From positions 8,363 to 72,362 of the forward strand of contig JAEWAY010000010.1 in assembly GCA_023391415.1 (NCBI GenBank): a stretch of DNA of 64,000 nucleotides, in the 5' to 3' direction. Below are positions 1-10,003 of the stretch, piece after piece. Source of the stretch: Bacteroidota bacterium. Lineage in GTDB: Bacteria > Bacteroidota > Bacteroidia > Cytophagales > Cytophagaceae. Both the position numbers and the translations under genes were made by a program. How positions within the stretch are numbered: the stretch's first letter is position 1; the number at the start of each line of letters is the position of its first letter. Under the pieces are notes generated by a model that saw nothing but the letters and a program-made list of their open reading frames with translations, ran no database searches and was not told the DNA's origin.

Positions 1-755
1 TCATCCGTACTGGCAAGATAGCCGACAAATCCACCCGCGAATGTATCTCCCGCGCCCGTCGGATCAAAGACTTCGTCGAGCGGTAACGCCGGCGCGTAAA
101 ACACATGCTCCTTGTTGAAAAGCAAGGCCCCGTGTTCGCCTTTCTTGATCACCACAAACCTTGGCCCCATCCCGATAATCTTTTTCGCCGCCTTGACCAA
201 TGAAAACTCTTTAGTCAACTGGCGCGCCTCCTCGTCATTGAGACAAATGACATCCACCATCGCGATGGTTTGCATCAATTCTTCCCAGGCCACATCCATC
301 CAGAAATTCATAGTATCCATGGCGATCAGTTTCGGTCTTTTTCTAAGACGCCTGATCACCGTCGCCTGTACCGCCGGAGCCAGATTGCCCAACATCAGGT
401 ATTCGCAATCCTGATACGCGTCTGGAATCACCGGATCAAAGTCCGCGAGTACGTTTAGCTCCGTGACTAAAGTATCTCTGGTGTTCATATCGTTATGATA
501 TCTTCCGGACCAGAAAAAACTTTTTTCATTCTCCTTAACCTGAAGCCCCTCCGTATTTATATTATGCGCTTGCAACATGGCGATACTTTCCTTGGGAAAG
601 TCTCCTCCGACTACCGCCACCAGATTCACTTTCTTGGCCAGAAACGAAGAAGCCAGAGAGAAATACGTAGCGCTTCCGCCAATAATTTTGTCCGTCTTGC
701 CAAAAGGCGTCTCCAACGCGTCAAAGGCTACGGAACCTACTACTAATAAACTCAT
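1..755 (-). CDS. PfkB-family carbohydrate kinase (ribokinase/adenosine kinase-like); 3-prime end lies outside the window
   Basis: Minus-strand ATG at 753-755 gives MSLLVVGSVAFDALETPFGKTDKIIGGSATYFSL. The frame stays open to position 1, where it reads TGAGDTFAGGFVGYLAST, the PfkB C-terminal GAGD motif. It is missing from the ORF track because it runs off the window. Confidence 0.8.
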   Translation of the reverse strand, partial: MSLLVVGSVAFDALETPFGKTDKIIGGSATYFSLASSFLAKKVNLVAVVGGDFPKESIAMLQAHNINTEGLQVKENEKSFFWSGRYHNDMNTRDTLVTELNVLADFDPVIPDAYQDCEYLMLGNLAPAVQATVIRRLRKRPKLIAMDTMNFWMDVAWEELMQTIAMVDVICLNDEEARQLTKEFSLVKAAKKIIGMGPRFVVIKKGEHGALLFNKEHVFYAPALPLDEVFDPTGAGDTFAGGFVGYLASTD

Positions 756-773
756 TTTTATGTTTTTATAATC

Positions 774-1934
774 TTACTCAATGATTTTAGCTTTAATGAA
801 CGGCTTGGAACGATCAAAAATATACCGGTAAGTATAATGTGTCTTGACGACTCTGGCTCCTACTGATTCACATATCTTGATCATTTTTGGATTAAAGCTT
901 CCAATCCAGTTCATTTCAAAATCCGTATATCGTCCGGAAGGTTGAATTTTCTTCGCCGCGGCCATCACGATAGCCCCTTCCATACCCTTTCCCTGAAATT
1001 CCGGTATTACTCCAAACGCCACTCCAAACATTTTTTTACATACTCCAGTCAACTTATAGTACATAAACTTTACTTTACCCCACCAATTCAGGCTCCCATT
1101 CAATCTTTTGAATATCTGGTTCAGCTCCGGAATCATAATAAAAAACGCGATTGGCTCATTCTGGTAATAGGCGAACCACACAAGCTCTTCGTCCAGCACC
1201 GGCTTTAATTGATTCATACTGGCCATGGCCTGCGCCTTGGACATTTCCCTTACACCGGCATGCTTCACCCAGGCTTTATTATATATATACCTAAAATCTT
1301 CACCATATTTCTCAAGTTTAGATTTTTTGATGTGCTCAAAAGTAAAATGAGGGTCCCGGTTAACACGATCCGCTTTTTCCTGATAGGATGGTGGCAAAGG
1401 ATCCTCTACCTTCCTATGATAGGTATATTGCTCAAAGTAAAGTCCAAAGCCATACTCTTCAAAAAACTCCTTATAATAAGCGAAATTGTAGGGCATACAG
1501 TAATTTGGCTCGGTAAAACCATCGACCAAAAGCCCCCACCAATTATTCCTCTCACCAAAGTTGATAGGACCATCCATCGCTTCCATTCCTTTCCCGACAA
1601 GCCATTCCTTACAGGTATCAAACAGCTTGAACGCGGCCTGCCGATCATGGATACATTCAAAAAAGCCCATCCCTCCATTGACATATTCCGTAGTATTGGC
1701 TGTTTTTCTATTTATAAAGGCGGCGACGCGTCCTATCGTTTCGTTTCGGTCATTGACCAGAAGCCAGCGAATAGCCTCTCCATGACGAAAAAATTTATTG
1801 ACTTTGGGATCAAAGACTCCCTCGATATCCTTATCAAGAGGCCTGATCCAAGACTCTTCATTCTTATAAAGACGGACAGGAAACTTCAGAAACTCTTTTC
1901 TGGTACCGGCGTCTTGAACCTCTATTACTTTCAT
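774..1934 (-). CDS. conserved hypothetical protein, possibly GNAT-fold acyltransferase-like
   Basis: Long minus ORF. I prefer the internal start MKVIEVQDAGTRKEF at 1934 over the upstream extension. No catalytic motif recognised with certainty. Confidence 0.6.
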   Translation of the reverse strand: MKVIEVQDAGTRKEFLKFPVRLYKNEESWIRPLDKDIEGVFDPKVNKFFRHGEAIRWLLVNDRNETIGRVAAFINRKTANTTEYVNGGMGFFECIHDRQAAFKLFDTCKEWLVGKGMEAMDGPINFGERNNWWGLLVDGFTEPNYCMPYNFAYYKEFFEEYGFGLYFEQYTYHRKVEDPLPPSYQEKADRVNRDPHFTFEHIKKSKLEKYGEDFRYIYNKAWVKHAGVREMSKAQAMASMNQLKPVLDEELVWFAYYQNEPIAFFIMIPELNQIFKRLNGSLNWWGKVKFMYYKLTGVCKKMFGVAFGVIPEFQGKGMEGAIVMAAAKKIQPSGRYTDFEMNWIGSFNPKMIKICESVGARVVKTHYTYRYIFDRSKPFIKAKIIE

Positions 1935-2131
1935 CGCCAGCAAAAATAAGAAAATATCCCTACCTCGACTCCTTAAATCATAAATGATTTTACCGCGACA
2001 TATAATTGTACAAGGCCTTCTTTTAGCATACAATTTATTGATTAAAAATAAATTAAAATAAAATCAAGCGATAAGAGTTAACAAAAAAGATCAATAGGCG
2101 GTTCTTCTGGTAAGGTTGTAAACTTTAAGAT

Positions 2132-2326
2132 ATGAAAAAGATAGTTGGAATTATAACCGTAGGAACCGCTCTGGCTCTAACTTTCGCTTCCTGTGAGGAA
2201 CCAAGGAAAAACGAGAATGCTTCGACCATGGAAGATACCACTAGTTCTGGATATAGAGGAGGTGAAAACGAAGAAATGATAGAAACAACGGATACTTCAA
2301 CGACTGAAACCGAAATCAGACAATAG
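2132..2326 (+). CDS. small acidic lipoprotein
   Basis: Signal peptide with lipobox (LTFASC) followed by an acidic, low-complexity mature part. Confidence 0.5.
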   Translation: MKKIVGIITVGTALALTFASCEEPRKNENASTMEDTTSSGYRGGENEEMIETTDTSTTETEIRQ

Positions 2327-2408
2327 CGAACGGTAAATCAATACAAGGGAGACTGTTCGATCAAGCGCGGTCTCCCACTTGTTTTTTCAACACATTCACC
2401 ATGTTATA

Positions 2409-2999
2409 ATGAAAGACCATGAATTGTTAAAGCTTATTCAGGAGTACTCTTACTTAGGTATTTTTTTATGGTTTTCTCTTATCCAATTGATATTTCCAAT
2501 ACCACAGGAAATCGCGCTTATAAGCATCGGCTATATCTCTACGCATATTGACATTAATATCCTATTGTCAATGGGCGCTTCCGCGATCGGAATCGCCGTC
2601 TCCGATATTCTATTATTCTATTTGGCGCGATCAGGGAGCAAAATCACCCAAAGCCTGATATCGAAATTCAGCAAAACATGGCGTAAAAGAGTGGAAGCGG
2701 ATATTGACTCCAATACGGTTAAAACCCTTTTTGTTTTACTCATGCTTCCAGAGGCTCGAATGATCGCTCCACTTATTGCCGGAATCATGGGTATTTCGAT
2801 CAAGCGTTTTCTTATGATCGATCTACTGGCCAATAGCCTTTTAAGCATCGCCTATATACTATTGGGCAAGTTTTTCTATTCGACTTTGCAAAAAATAGGT
2901 GGTGATTTCCGTTCATATGATCATTATATATTCATTGGTATTATGTTAGTAGCCGCGATTATACTTTTCTTCTTTATCCGAAGGAAATACATGAAGTAG
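2409..2999 (+). CDS. DedA/VTT (SNARE-associated) family membrane protein
   Basis: Multi-TM ORF with a DedA-like N-terminal pattern (YLGIFLWFSLIQLIFPIPQEIALISIGY). Start chosen at MKDHELL. Confidence 0.7.
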   Translation: MKDHELLKLIQEYSYLGIFLWFSLIQLIFPIPQEIALISIGYISTHIDINILLSMGASAIGIAVSDILLFYLARSGSKITQSLISKFSKTWRKRVEADIDSNTVKTLFVLLMLPEARMIAPLIAGIMGISIKRFLMIDLLANSLLSIAYILLGKFFYSTLQKIGGDFRSYDHYIFIGIMLVAAIILFFFIRRKYMK

Positions 3000-3118
3000 C
3001 GATTAAACGACCATTCCCAAGCTCGCTCCGGGCATACTTGAAAATAATTTTATTTTTTTAGATTTAAGTTTGGATTCTTAAAAAAGACCCGCTACTTTTG
3101 CGTCACCAAATGAGACAA

Positions 3119-3193
3119 GGGATCATAGCTCAGCTGGTTCAGAGCACCTGCCTTACAAGCAGGGGGTCATAGGTTCGAATCCTATTGGTCCCA
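3119..3193 (+). tRNA. tRNA-Val (anticodon TAC)
   Basis: Cloverleaf read by eye. Acceptor stem is GGGATCA/TGGTCCC, D-arm AGCTCAGCTGGTTCAGAGC, anticodon stem-loop CCTGC-CTTACAA-GCAGG, T-arm GGTTCGAATCC. Confidence 0.9.
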
Positions 3194-3200
3194 CTAGAGA

Positions 3201-3231
3201 AAGCCACTTTCAAACGAAGGTGGCTTTTTTT
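3201..3231 (+). terminator. intrinsic terminator downstream of tRNA-Val
   Basis: AGCCAC...GTGGCT stem followed by a T7 tract. Confidence 0.6.
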
Positions 3232-3320
3232 ATTTAATTCTTTATTTTAATCCCTCGACTCTATAAAAAACTTTCCTCCCCTCACAAAATCAAAGTCCTG
3301 AGTTAACTAAATCAATTAAA

Positions 3321-4637
3321 TTATAGGGAAACCTGATATTGTAGATAATACAAGCCTTTCCTTGAATCACTTGTAATATCTCCATTAGACCGAATATAAT
3401 ATACCGGACGGCTTTCATAGTTAAGAGAAAGTTTGGAGCGATTGCCCGCGATCAGGTAATTTAATCCAATATTATATACAGTGACAGGATCTCTAAGCGC
3501 CTTGTAGTTGCCATACATCAAAGAAGCATATGGCTGCAAGGTTCCTCTACTTTCATCCCCAAACAGCTTTTTTGGCAATAGATACCCCGCCTGAGAATAT
3601 ACGACGTCCCCTGTACCCATCATCGGAAAAGCGATGCCTGCCCCGTTAAATGATGCCGCGGTCGTTGTTCCTGTATAAGGATTGTTTACTCCGACATTCC
3701 GGATGTAATTTTGGCCATAGTTGTTATTGAAATATGCCAGATAAGATGAAAGGGCGGTGCCCTTTGCCGAGTTCAGAGGCATATCCAGAAAGGCGTCGGT
3801 AGCCAATAACATCAGACTGGAATACGACGTATCCATTCCTTTGAGCCGCCACATTCCCTTGTCCTGAAAGATAAATCCCGCTCCAATATTGAATACGGTC
3901 TTCTTGCCCAGATAGGAGCCAATCATGTAGGGTGTGGCATGTCCTTCTTTGTCCAGAAATTGATAAAAAAAATATCCCTGATACATAGGCCCGGCTCCTT
4001 TAACGGCAAAATCACTCGCTACGCCAATATCTTTGGTAATACCAGTATAAGACGCGGATGGCGCGAAAGGATTACTAAATATAACCCGATAATCCAGTTT
4101 CCCTATTTGACCCCGGGCATACGCGCTTAATCTTCGGCTAAACTGATCCGTAATACCGGTAGTGGCTTGAGCGAACACTGGCAAATCCGCCGTAAGAATG
4201 GTTCCCGCGCTGGGTTGGGTAACACGGGAAAGCCCTGAAGCTCCCGTCAGCCCGCCGCCCATCTTTAGCGCGCCATCCTTTAAAAGATAATATTCCCCGA
4301 GAGCGTCATGAAAAAAAGCGCCTAGCTGCTTGGTATTAGCCATATTAAAACTGTTCTGCCCAAACTGAAAATAGACAAACGCGCGATTGGCTACTTCTCC
4401 ATAGAGCTGGATACGCGTTCGTCTCAGCGATACGTCTACCAAAGAAGACTTAGGGGCGCCAAACTGAGTCGAACCCGGATTGGCCTCGCTATAGCGCAAC
4501 CATACCTGATTAAGAAAGGCGACTCTTATATAGCGCGACCCGTCTTCATTCAGACTAAACTGAAGCGCCTTGTCCTGAGCATGGCAGAAGCTTATACCTA
4601 ATACGGCGACAGCCGCGTACATCAACAACATTCTCAT
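3321..4637 (-). CDS. outer-membrane beta-barrel porin-like protein
   Basis: Signal peptide (AAVAVLGISFCHAQ), alternating beta-strand-like pattern, aromatic-rich C-terminus (YYLQYQVSL). Confidence 0.7.
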   Translation of the reverse strand: MRMLLMYAAVAVLGISFCHAQDKALQFSLNEDGSRYIRVAFLNQVWLRYSEANPGSTQFGAPKSSLVDVSLRRTRIQLYGEVANRAFVYFQFGQNSFNMANTKQLGAFFHDALGEYYLLKDGALKMGGGLTGASGLSRVTQPSAGTILTADLPVFAQATTGITDQFSRRLSAYARGQIGKLDYRVIFSNPFAPSASYTGITKDIGVASDFAVKGAGPMYQGYFFYQFLDKEGHATPYMIGSYLGKKTVFNIGAGFIFQDKGMWRLKGMDTSYSSLMLLATDAFLDMPLNSAKGTALSSYLAYFNNNYGQNYIRNVGVNNPYTGTTTAASFNGAGIAFPMMGTGDVVYSQAGYLLPKKLFGDESRGTLQPYASLMYGNYKALRDPVTVYNIGLNYLIAGNRSKLSLNYESRPVYYIRSNGDITSDSRKGLYYLQYQVSL

Positions 4638-4865
4638 CTTATTGAAAAAACACGATACAAATATATCGGGATATCCGACCCGGTCTTATAAGCAACTAAT
4701 GTTCCAAGATGACCAAATTGAGATGTCAAATCCGTACCGATTTTTACGTAAAAACTAAAAGATCCTAATCTAAATTCGTTTTCATTACCAACCGGGATAA
4801 AGGGTAAATTTTTATCCCGATTGGGTCAATGATCAACAACTAGAGGTCGCTGACCACGGTACATT

Positions 4866-5462
4866 TTACAGATATATCTTCAAGAGTTCTTCTTTTTCAG
4901 ACTCCCCCAATGGCTTCTCCCCACCTGGTCGTACTTTATATGTTTTTCCAGTCAGGTCACTGACATAGTAATCGCCCTCTTCCAACTGATCCATATCTTC
5001 CAAGGCCTGATTTAATAATTCATAATGCTGTCTTTCAGAATCCTCCGCGTAGGAAAAAGACTCCAACGCCATACAATTCTCCTCTTTCTCCGCTTTTTTT
5101 ACGCGTTTCGAATATTCGGAACGGCCTTCTTTATTTTCGGACTTTAGCGCTTTTTTCAGATTCTCTCTGGTAGAGCCGACTTCCATATCTTCTATCGGAA
5201 CTTCGCCAGGCACAACGCCCATCGCCCTGATCGCGGCCTTATGATTGTTCATATGAACACGTTCCGACTCAGACAACGCGGCGAAAAGTTCCGCTACTTC
5301 ATGATAACCTTCCTTTTCCGCCTTTATAGCGTATTGCTCGTATTTTCGCGAAGCCATCGCTTCATCTTTATACGCTTCCCGCAGATTCCACAAAGTTCCA
5401 CCCGATCCCATGCTGAATGAGGATAAACCTGTCACTAACAAAATCAAACCTATATGCTTCAT
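4866..5462 (-). CDS. secreted rubrerythrin/ferritin-like domain protein
   Basis: Signal peptide, then ferritin-like helices with E..E..H style motifs (EAMASRKYEQYA, ESERVHMNNH, EDSERQHYE). Confidence 0.7.
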   Translation of the reverse strand: MKHIGLILLVTGLSSFSMGSGGTLWNLREAYKDEAMASRKYEQYAIKAEKEGYHEVAELFAALSESERVHMNNHKAAIRAMGVVPGEVPIEDMEVGSTRENLKKALKSENKEGRSEYSKRVKKAEKEENCMALESFSYAEDSERQHYELLNQALEDMDQLEEGDYYVSDLTGKTYKVRPGGEKPLGESEKEELLKIYL

Positions 5463-5727
5463 GTCACTTCTCTTTTTACGCCCTATGACTACAACGAGGC
5501 CGATTTTAAGGAAGTTCTTTCAGCTAACCATCAGAGTATAAATTCCAGAGCAATCGATCGCGAACTCTAAAGACGAATAAACCAATCCGATATCTATTGA
5601 AAAGTAAAGCTGATCAAATTCTTATACAAAATTTTATTATTGTATTTCCTTTTAAAAGCCAATTTTTAGCCTTATTATTGGAGTGTTTAACTTCGTTTAA
5701 CCAATTAAAATTTAACTACCCAGTATT

Positions 5728-5955
5728 ATGAAGAAAGTATTCGCACTCCTATTCGCCGCTTCCCTGTTCACTTTCGTCGCTTGTGAGCAAAAGGCGGAAA
5801 CCTCCGCCAGCGTTGAAGAAGCAACTGTAGCTGAAGAAGCGGCTCCCGCTGAAGACGTTGAAGCTGTTGAAATAGTGGAAGAAGAAGCTGATTCCGCTGA
5901 AGCCACTGAAGAAACTGTTGTAACTGAAGAAGCGACGGAAGAATCAGCTCAGTAA
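5728..5955 (+). CDS. small acidic lipoprotein (E/A/V-rich)
   Basis: Lipobox FTFVAC after a signal peptide. A strong terminator follows. Confidence 0.55.
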   Translation: MKKVFALLFAASLFTFVACEQKAETSASVEEATVAEEAAPAEDVEAVEIVEEEADSAEATEETVVTEEATEESAQ

Positions 5956-5996
5956 TCAAAAGTTATTGATTTAAAAGCAATATCGCTTTCAAAAAA

Positions 5997-6025
5997 GGTT
6001 TCAGATCGTCTGAAACCTTTTTTTT
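5997..6025 (+). terminator. intrinsic terminator
   Basis: GGTTTCAGA-tcg-TCTGAAACC stem followed by T8. Confidence 0.7.
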
Positions 6026-6128
6026 GCGCCTTATCCCCTCTCCCCCTAATTCGTCATAGCTCCCAAAACACCCACGTTTAAACAATTCTCTATAGAAACG
6101 TGATTATATTTGATATAGATAAAGGGAA

Positions 6129-7406
6129 GTGACATTTCAGCCAGAAAAAAACAATCATTGGTGGTTAGCTATATTATCCGGCATTTTGCTATGGTCCGCG
6201 TGGGCGGAAGGCGCTCTCGGATTTTTACTGCACACCGCGCTGATTCCGCTACTGATTATTGAGTCGGAATTATCGGAGCGTCCCTATAAAAAAAAAGCTA
6301 CGCGTTACTTTCTCCTTCTACTACTGTCTTTTACACTATGGCATAGCTTGTCAGCCTGGAGTACTACCCGCTTTGAGACGACTACGATTATTATCAGAGC
6401 CTTAATGTCTGCAATTCCCATGATGTTGTTTTTCTTCACAAAGAAAACCGCCGGGAACATCGCCGGATATTTTTCATTGATCATGTACTGGATCGCTTTT
6501 GAATACATTTATTCGTATTGGGGTGAAAAAACCCTGTGGCCCATATTGGGCAATGGTTTTTCGTCCCTGACTTACTTAATCCAATGGTACGAAATTACCG
6601 GTTCACAGGGAGGTTCATCATGGATCCTAGCCGGCAATCTCATTTTATTTCATTCGATCCAAAACAGACGAATAAACAGCCTGGGAATCACAATCTTCGC
6701 GATGCTATTCATAATTCCATCCTCCATATCCCTGATCCGTTACTTAAGCTATCACAATATGGATCATCCATATAAAGTCATCATTATTGAACCTTTTTCT
6801 CGTCTCAATCAATCCTCATCGGCTGAATATACGTCCATGCAAACACTCCATGATGGTTTCCAGGAGTCCCGAAAAGATCCGGAAACGTCCTCCAGCCTGC
6901 CGCATAAACCAAAAAACGGCGGAGAAGCCAGAGGACGAACAACATGGCTGACCTCTCCAACGACAACTTGGATATCAAAAAAAAATAAGCGCGCTAGATC
7001 CTTTATCCAAAGCGGTTTATTCAACATCAATCAATTTCCGACAGGAGAAACCATAACCGGACGCGTGCGACAAGGCGCGCGTTTTATAGTCCTTATCGCC
7101 AATCAGGAAACGGACGCTCATATTCAATATACCCGTTTGCGAAGCATTGAAACCCGAAGAGATATTATTCTCGTCTCGGAAGGAGAATCAGTCTTTCATA
7201 TCAATCAGAAAGGCGACATAATGGATGTCTCCATATTCTCCGAACCTCCACCGAAATTACAGGGAAACGATATACGACTGAATGATCTTAAAACATTTTA
7301 TGTTAAATATGGTGATTATATAGGCATAAGCTCACTATATTTTTCATTAATTTGCATATTCATATTGCTAGGAGGAATTCTTGTCAACAGAACAAACTTT
7401 ATATGA
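6129..7406 (+). CDS. apolipoprotein N-acyltransferase (Lnt)-like protein with a shortened, apparently degenerate CN-hydrolase domain
   Basis: N-terminal multi-TM region and C-terminal segments (GARFIVLIAN, RLRSIETRRDIILVS, TFYVKYGDYIG plus a final TM) resemble Lnt. The ORF is only 425 aa and the central about 90 aa look non-homologous. Confidence 0.55.
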   Translation: MTFQPEKNNHWWLAILSGILLWSAWAEGALGFLLHTALIPLLIIESELSERPYKKKATRYFLLLLLSFTLWHSLSAWSTTRFETTTIIIRALMSAIPMMLFFFTKKTAGNIAGYFSLIMYWIAFEYIYSYWGEKTLWPILGNGFSSLTYLIQWYEITGSQGGSSWILAGNLILFHSIQNRRINSLGITIFAMLFIIPSSISLIRYLSYHNMDHPYKVIIIEPFSRLNQSSSAEYTSMQTLHDGFQESRKDPETSSSLPHKPKNGGEARGRTTWLTSPTTTWISKKNKRARSFIQSGLFNINQFPTGETITGRVRQGARFIVLIANQETDAHIQYTRLRSIETRRDIILVSEGESVFHINQKGDIMDVSIFSEPPPKLQGNDIRLNDLKTFYVKYGDYIGISSLYFSLICIFILLGGILVNRTNFI

Positions 7407-8203
7407 AAGCGGATCTTCAGGAACTATGTCTTCAAGTAACGGAATTATCCAAATCCGTCGGAGCGTTTATAAAGAATGAAGCGGAAAACTTTGACCGTTC
7501 AAAAATTGAACATAAAGGACCTTCCGACCTTGTATCGTACGTTGATAAGGAGGCGGAAAAAAAATTAGTAAAAGGACTCTCTGAAATCCTGCCGGAGGCG
7601 GGTTTTATTACAGAAGAGTCGACCGTAGCGCGAGAAGACAAGGAGTATAAATGGGTAATCGACCCGCTTGACGGAACTACCAATTTTCTACACCAAATGC
7701 CTGTGTTTTCCATAAGCATCGCCCTGATGCACAAGAACATGGTGATCATTGGAGTAGTATACGAAATCAACAGGAATGAATGTTTTTATGCCTGGAAAAA
7801 TGGGAAAGCCTGGCTCAATGGCAAGCAAATCACAGTCTCTCCGATCAACAATCTCCAGGAATCACTTATCGCCAGCGGATTTCCTTATAGTCAGGAAGGG
7901 AAATCAGCCCGTCATTTTACAATCCTGAGGGAATTGCAGGACCGAACCCACGGTATCCGCCGGCTTGGCTCGGCGGCTGTCGATCTTTCGTATGTCGCCT
8001 GTGGCCGCTTTGAAGCCTACTATGAGTTCAATCTACACATCTGGGATGTCGCCGCCGGCATACTTATTGTACAGGAAGCCGGAGGAACCTTACGCGACTT
8101 TGATGGTGGCGAAGATTATCTTTACGGAAAAGAAATTCTGGCCGCGGGCCCTCTCGCCAAAGAGGTATTAGATATCATCCAAAAACACTGGAACACAAAG
8201 TAA
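7403..8203 (+). CDS. inositol monophosphatase family protein (SuhB/CysQ-like)
   Basis: Motifs WVIDPLDGTTNF and WDVAAG. ATGA start/stop overlap with the upstream ORF. Confidence 0.85.
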   Translation: MKADLQELCLQVTELSKSVGAFIKNEAENFDRSKIEHKGPSDLVSYVDKEAEKKLVKGLSEILPEAGFITEESTVAREDKEYKWVIDPLDGTTNFLHQMPVFSISIALMHKNMVIIGVVYEINRNECFYAWKNGKAWLNGKQITVSPINNLQESLIASGFPYSQEGKSARHFTILRELQDRTHGIRRLGSAAVDLSYVACGRFEAYYEFNLHIWDVAAGILIVQEAGGTLRDFDGGEDYLYGKEILAAGPLAKEVLDIIQKHWNTK

Positions 8204-8221
8204 AAATTCCGATTTTAGTAT

Positions 8222-8365
8222 ATGTTATTGCAATATCTGTTAATCGCCGGGCTTTTCGGGGGCGCTTCATATTATTTATTCCGACTTTTCCGTCGTCAGT
8301 TTGGCCAATCGGACAAGGGGTGCGCCAAAGGCTGCGGATGCGATTCTGACAAGCCAGAGCTATAA
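8222..8365 (+). CDS. FeoB-associated Cys-rich small membrane protein (47 aa)
   Basis: Hand translation gives MLLQYLLIAGLFGGASYYLFRLFRRQFGQSDKGCAKGCGCDSDKPEL. That is one TM helix plus a basic patch plus a C-terminal CxxxCxC cluster, typical of this family. It is below the ORF-track size cutoff. Confidence 0.5.
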   Translation: MLLQYLLIAGLFGGASYYLFRLFRRQFGQSDKGCAKGCGCDSDKPEL

Positions 8366-8377
8366 TCTTCCGATATG

Positions 8378-9400
8378 TCAGGCCCATACCTTGGCGCCTT
8401 CCGTACAATTGCGACATATTTCAATCTGGTCCCTGCCTCTGAGCAGGCTTTTTCTAAACTGATCGTAAGCCTGATTTTTCCATATAGCCTTGAAGGACGT
8501 ATCCTGAAGCGCTCCCAATGTATATTGCCCATCCTTGTCGAAGCAACAGGGCACCACCTTTCCATCCCAAGTGATTACACAGGAATGCCACATCTTCCAG
8601 CAATTATCGCCCACCACGCTTTTAAGATGATACGCGCCATCCTCCCCCAACGCGTACCTGGAATATTTATCATTCCGGGGAATTAGTGGCGAGCCCTCTT
8701 TATAATTATAGATTTGAGCGGTCTTATAAAGCACCTTATCTACTCCAAGCTCCCTGGCCAGCTCCTTCACCTCTCCAATCTGATGTTCATTGGGGCCTAC
8801 TACCAGAAATTGAAAAATAACATAAGGAGTGGATGATTTAAGTTTTTTTTTCCAACGCGTCACATGGCGGGTCCCTTCCAATACTTTAGAAAGCCTACCT
8901 CCAACACGGTAAGCCTCATATATTTCCTGAGTAGTCCCGTCAATGCTGATAATCAATCGATCCAAACCTGATTCGACCGTCTTCCTGGCTATTTCCTCCG
9001 TCAGATAATGTCCATTGGTACTCGTAGAGGTATAGATTCGTTTTTTGCTCGCGAATGTCGCCAAATCAAAAAACGACGGATGCAAATAAGGTTCGCCTTG
9101 AAAATAAAGTGTCAGATAAGCCAGATGAGGCGCCAGTTCCTCTATTGTTTTCTTGTAAGACTCCAAAGCCAGCATACCCGTAGGTCTTGTAAAGGAGCGT
9201 AAGCCACTCGGACATTCGGGACAGCGCAGATTGCAGGAGGTCGTCGGCTCATACGAAACGCTGAATGGCATGCCAAGATGAACGTTTTTCTTTGTCCATC
9301 CGGAAATCTTATAGGAAAGTAGCAAGAATATGTAATTCAATACCTTTCTGAGTGAAAGCTTATAAAAAAAATTAAGTCCATCTTTGACTTCGGCGATCAT
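8378..9400 (-). CDS. radical SAM / SPASM domain protein
   Basis: CNLRCPECP (CX3CX2C) near the N-terminus. Cys-rich SPASM-like C-terminus (CWKMWHSC...VVPCCFD...CRNC). Confidence 0.85.
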   Translation of the reverse strand: MIAEVKDGLNFFYKLSLRKVLNYIFLLLSYKISGWTKKNVHLGMPFSVSYEPTTSCNLRCPECPSGLRSFTRPTGMLALESYKKTIEELAPHLAYLTLYFQGEPYLHPSFFDLATFASKKRIYTSTSTNGHYLTEEIARKTVESGLDRLIISIDGTTQEIYEAYRVGGRLSKVLEGTRHVTRWKKKLKSSTPYVIFQFLVVGPNEHQIGEVKELARELGVDKVLYKTAQIYNYKEGSPLIPRNDKYSRYALGEDGAYHLKSVVGDNCWKMWHSCVITWDGKVVPCCFDKDGQYTLGALQDTSFKAIWKNQAYDQFRKSLLRGRDQIEICRNCTEGAKVWA

Positions 9401-9481
9401 GTTTTTGACTTGCTTTGTCCGCGACTATATATTTTAAGGACAAAGTTCCATAAAACATTATTTGGCAAAAGCGCGGGCCTG

Positions 9482-10003
9482 TTAATAATCAAGTGTCTCT
9501 AGCAGTTCGTGTAGTTTTTGTTTGGTCTTTACGGCAAAGTCAAAATAACCAGACTTCCATTTAAAAGCCGGGTCCCCCTCTTTCATTATTTCAATAAGCG
9601 TAGTAGCCTTAAACCAGGAGATTACATGAAACAAGGAGCCTTCCACCAAAAAAGGATTTTTATGGCTGACCATAAGGCCAAAAGCGATTTCATATTGAGA
9701 GACGACATTGTAATATAAATGCTTTTTACCTATACGCTTACCACTCAGATCGATGTCGATATACCCAAAAAAACTGTTGTCTTTAAAAATATAGTCTCCG
9801 ATTTCGATATTATTGAAATGTATAGGAATATCGTTCCAGATCTTTTCAACAATCCTTCCGGCGGAGGTAAGCGTATCGTTATGAACAAAAGGATCAATTC
9901 CCTCGCCGGAAGCGATGGAAACCATGTACCTCCCTTCGATACCGTAAGAATCATCCTGGAAAATTCCAGGTTTTACAATATTTCTGTACGAGACAAGTTC
10001 CAT
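9482..10003 (-). CDS. hypothetical protein
   Basis: ORF abuts the stop of the upstream gene and appears to be in the same operon. The C-terminal WKSGYFDF...LHELL faintly recalls inactive REP/IS200-type Y1 transposase-like proteins, but I cannot support that call. Confidence 0.5.
   Translation of the reverse strand: MELVSYRNIVKPGIFQDDSYGIEGRYMVSIASGEGIDPFVHNDTLTSAGRIVEKIWNDIPIHFNNIEIGDYIFKDNSFFGYIDIDLSGKRIGKKHLYYNVVSQYEIAFGLMVSHKNPFLVEGSLFHVISWFKATTLIEIMKEGDPAFKWKSGYFDFAVKTKQKLHELLETLDY

Noticed and set aside
112-771. Plus-strand ORFs of 62-100 aa at the window start.
   Set aside because: They are antisense to a much better minus-strand PfkB kinase frame that runs from 755 to the window edge and carries the GAGD motif.
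6809-7030. 73-aa minus ORF inside the Lnt-like gene, which might hint at a frameshift or misassembly.
   Set aside because: It has no motif support. I note only that it coincides with the non-homologous central part of the Lnt-like ORF, which is covered in a finding.
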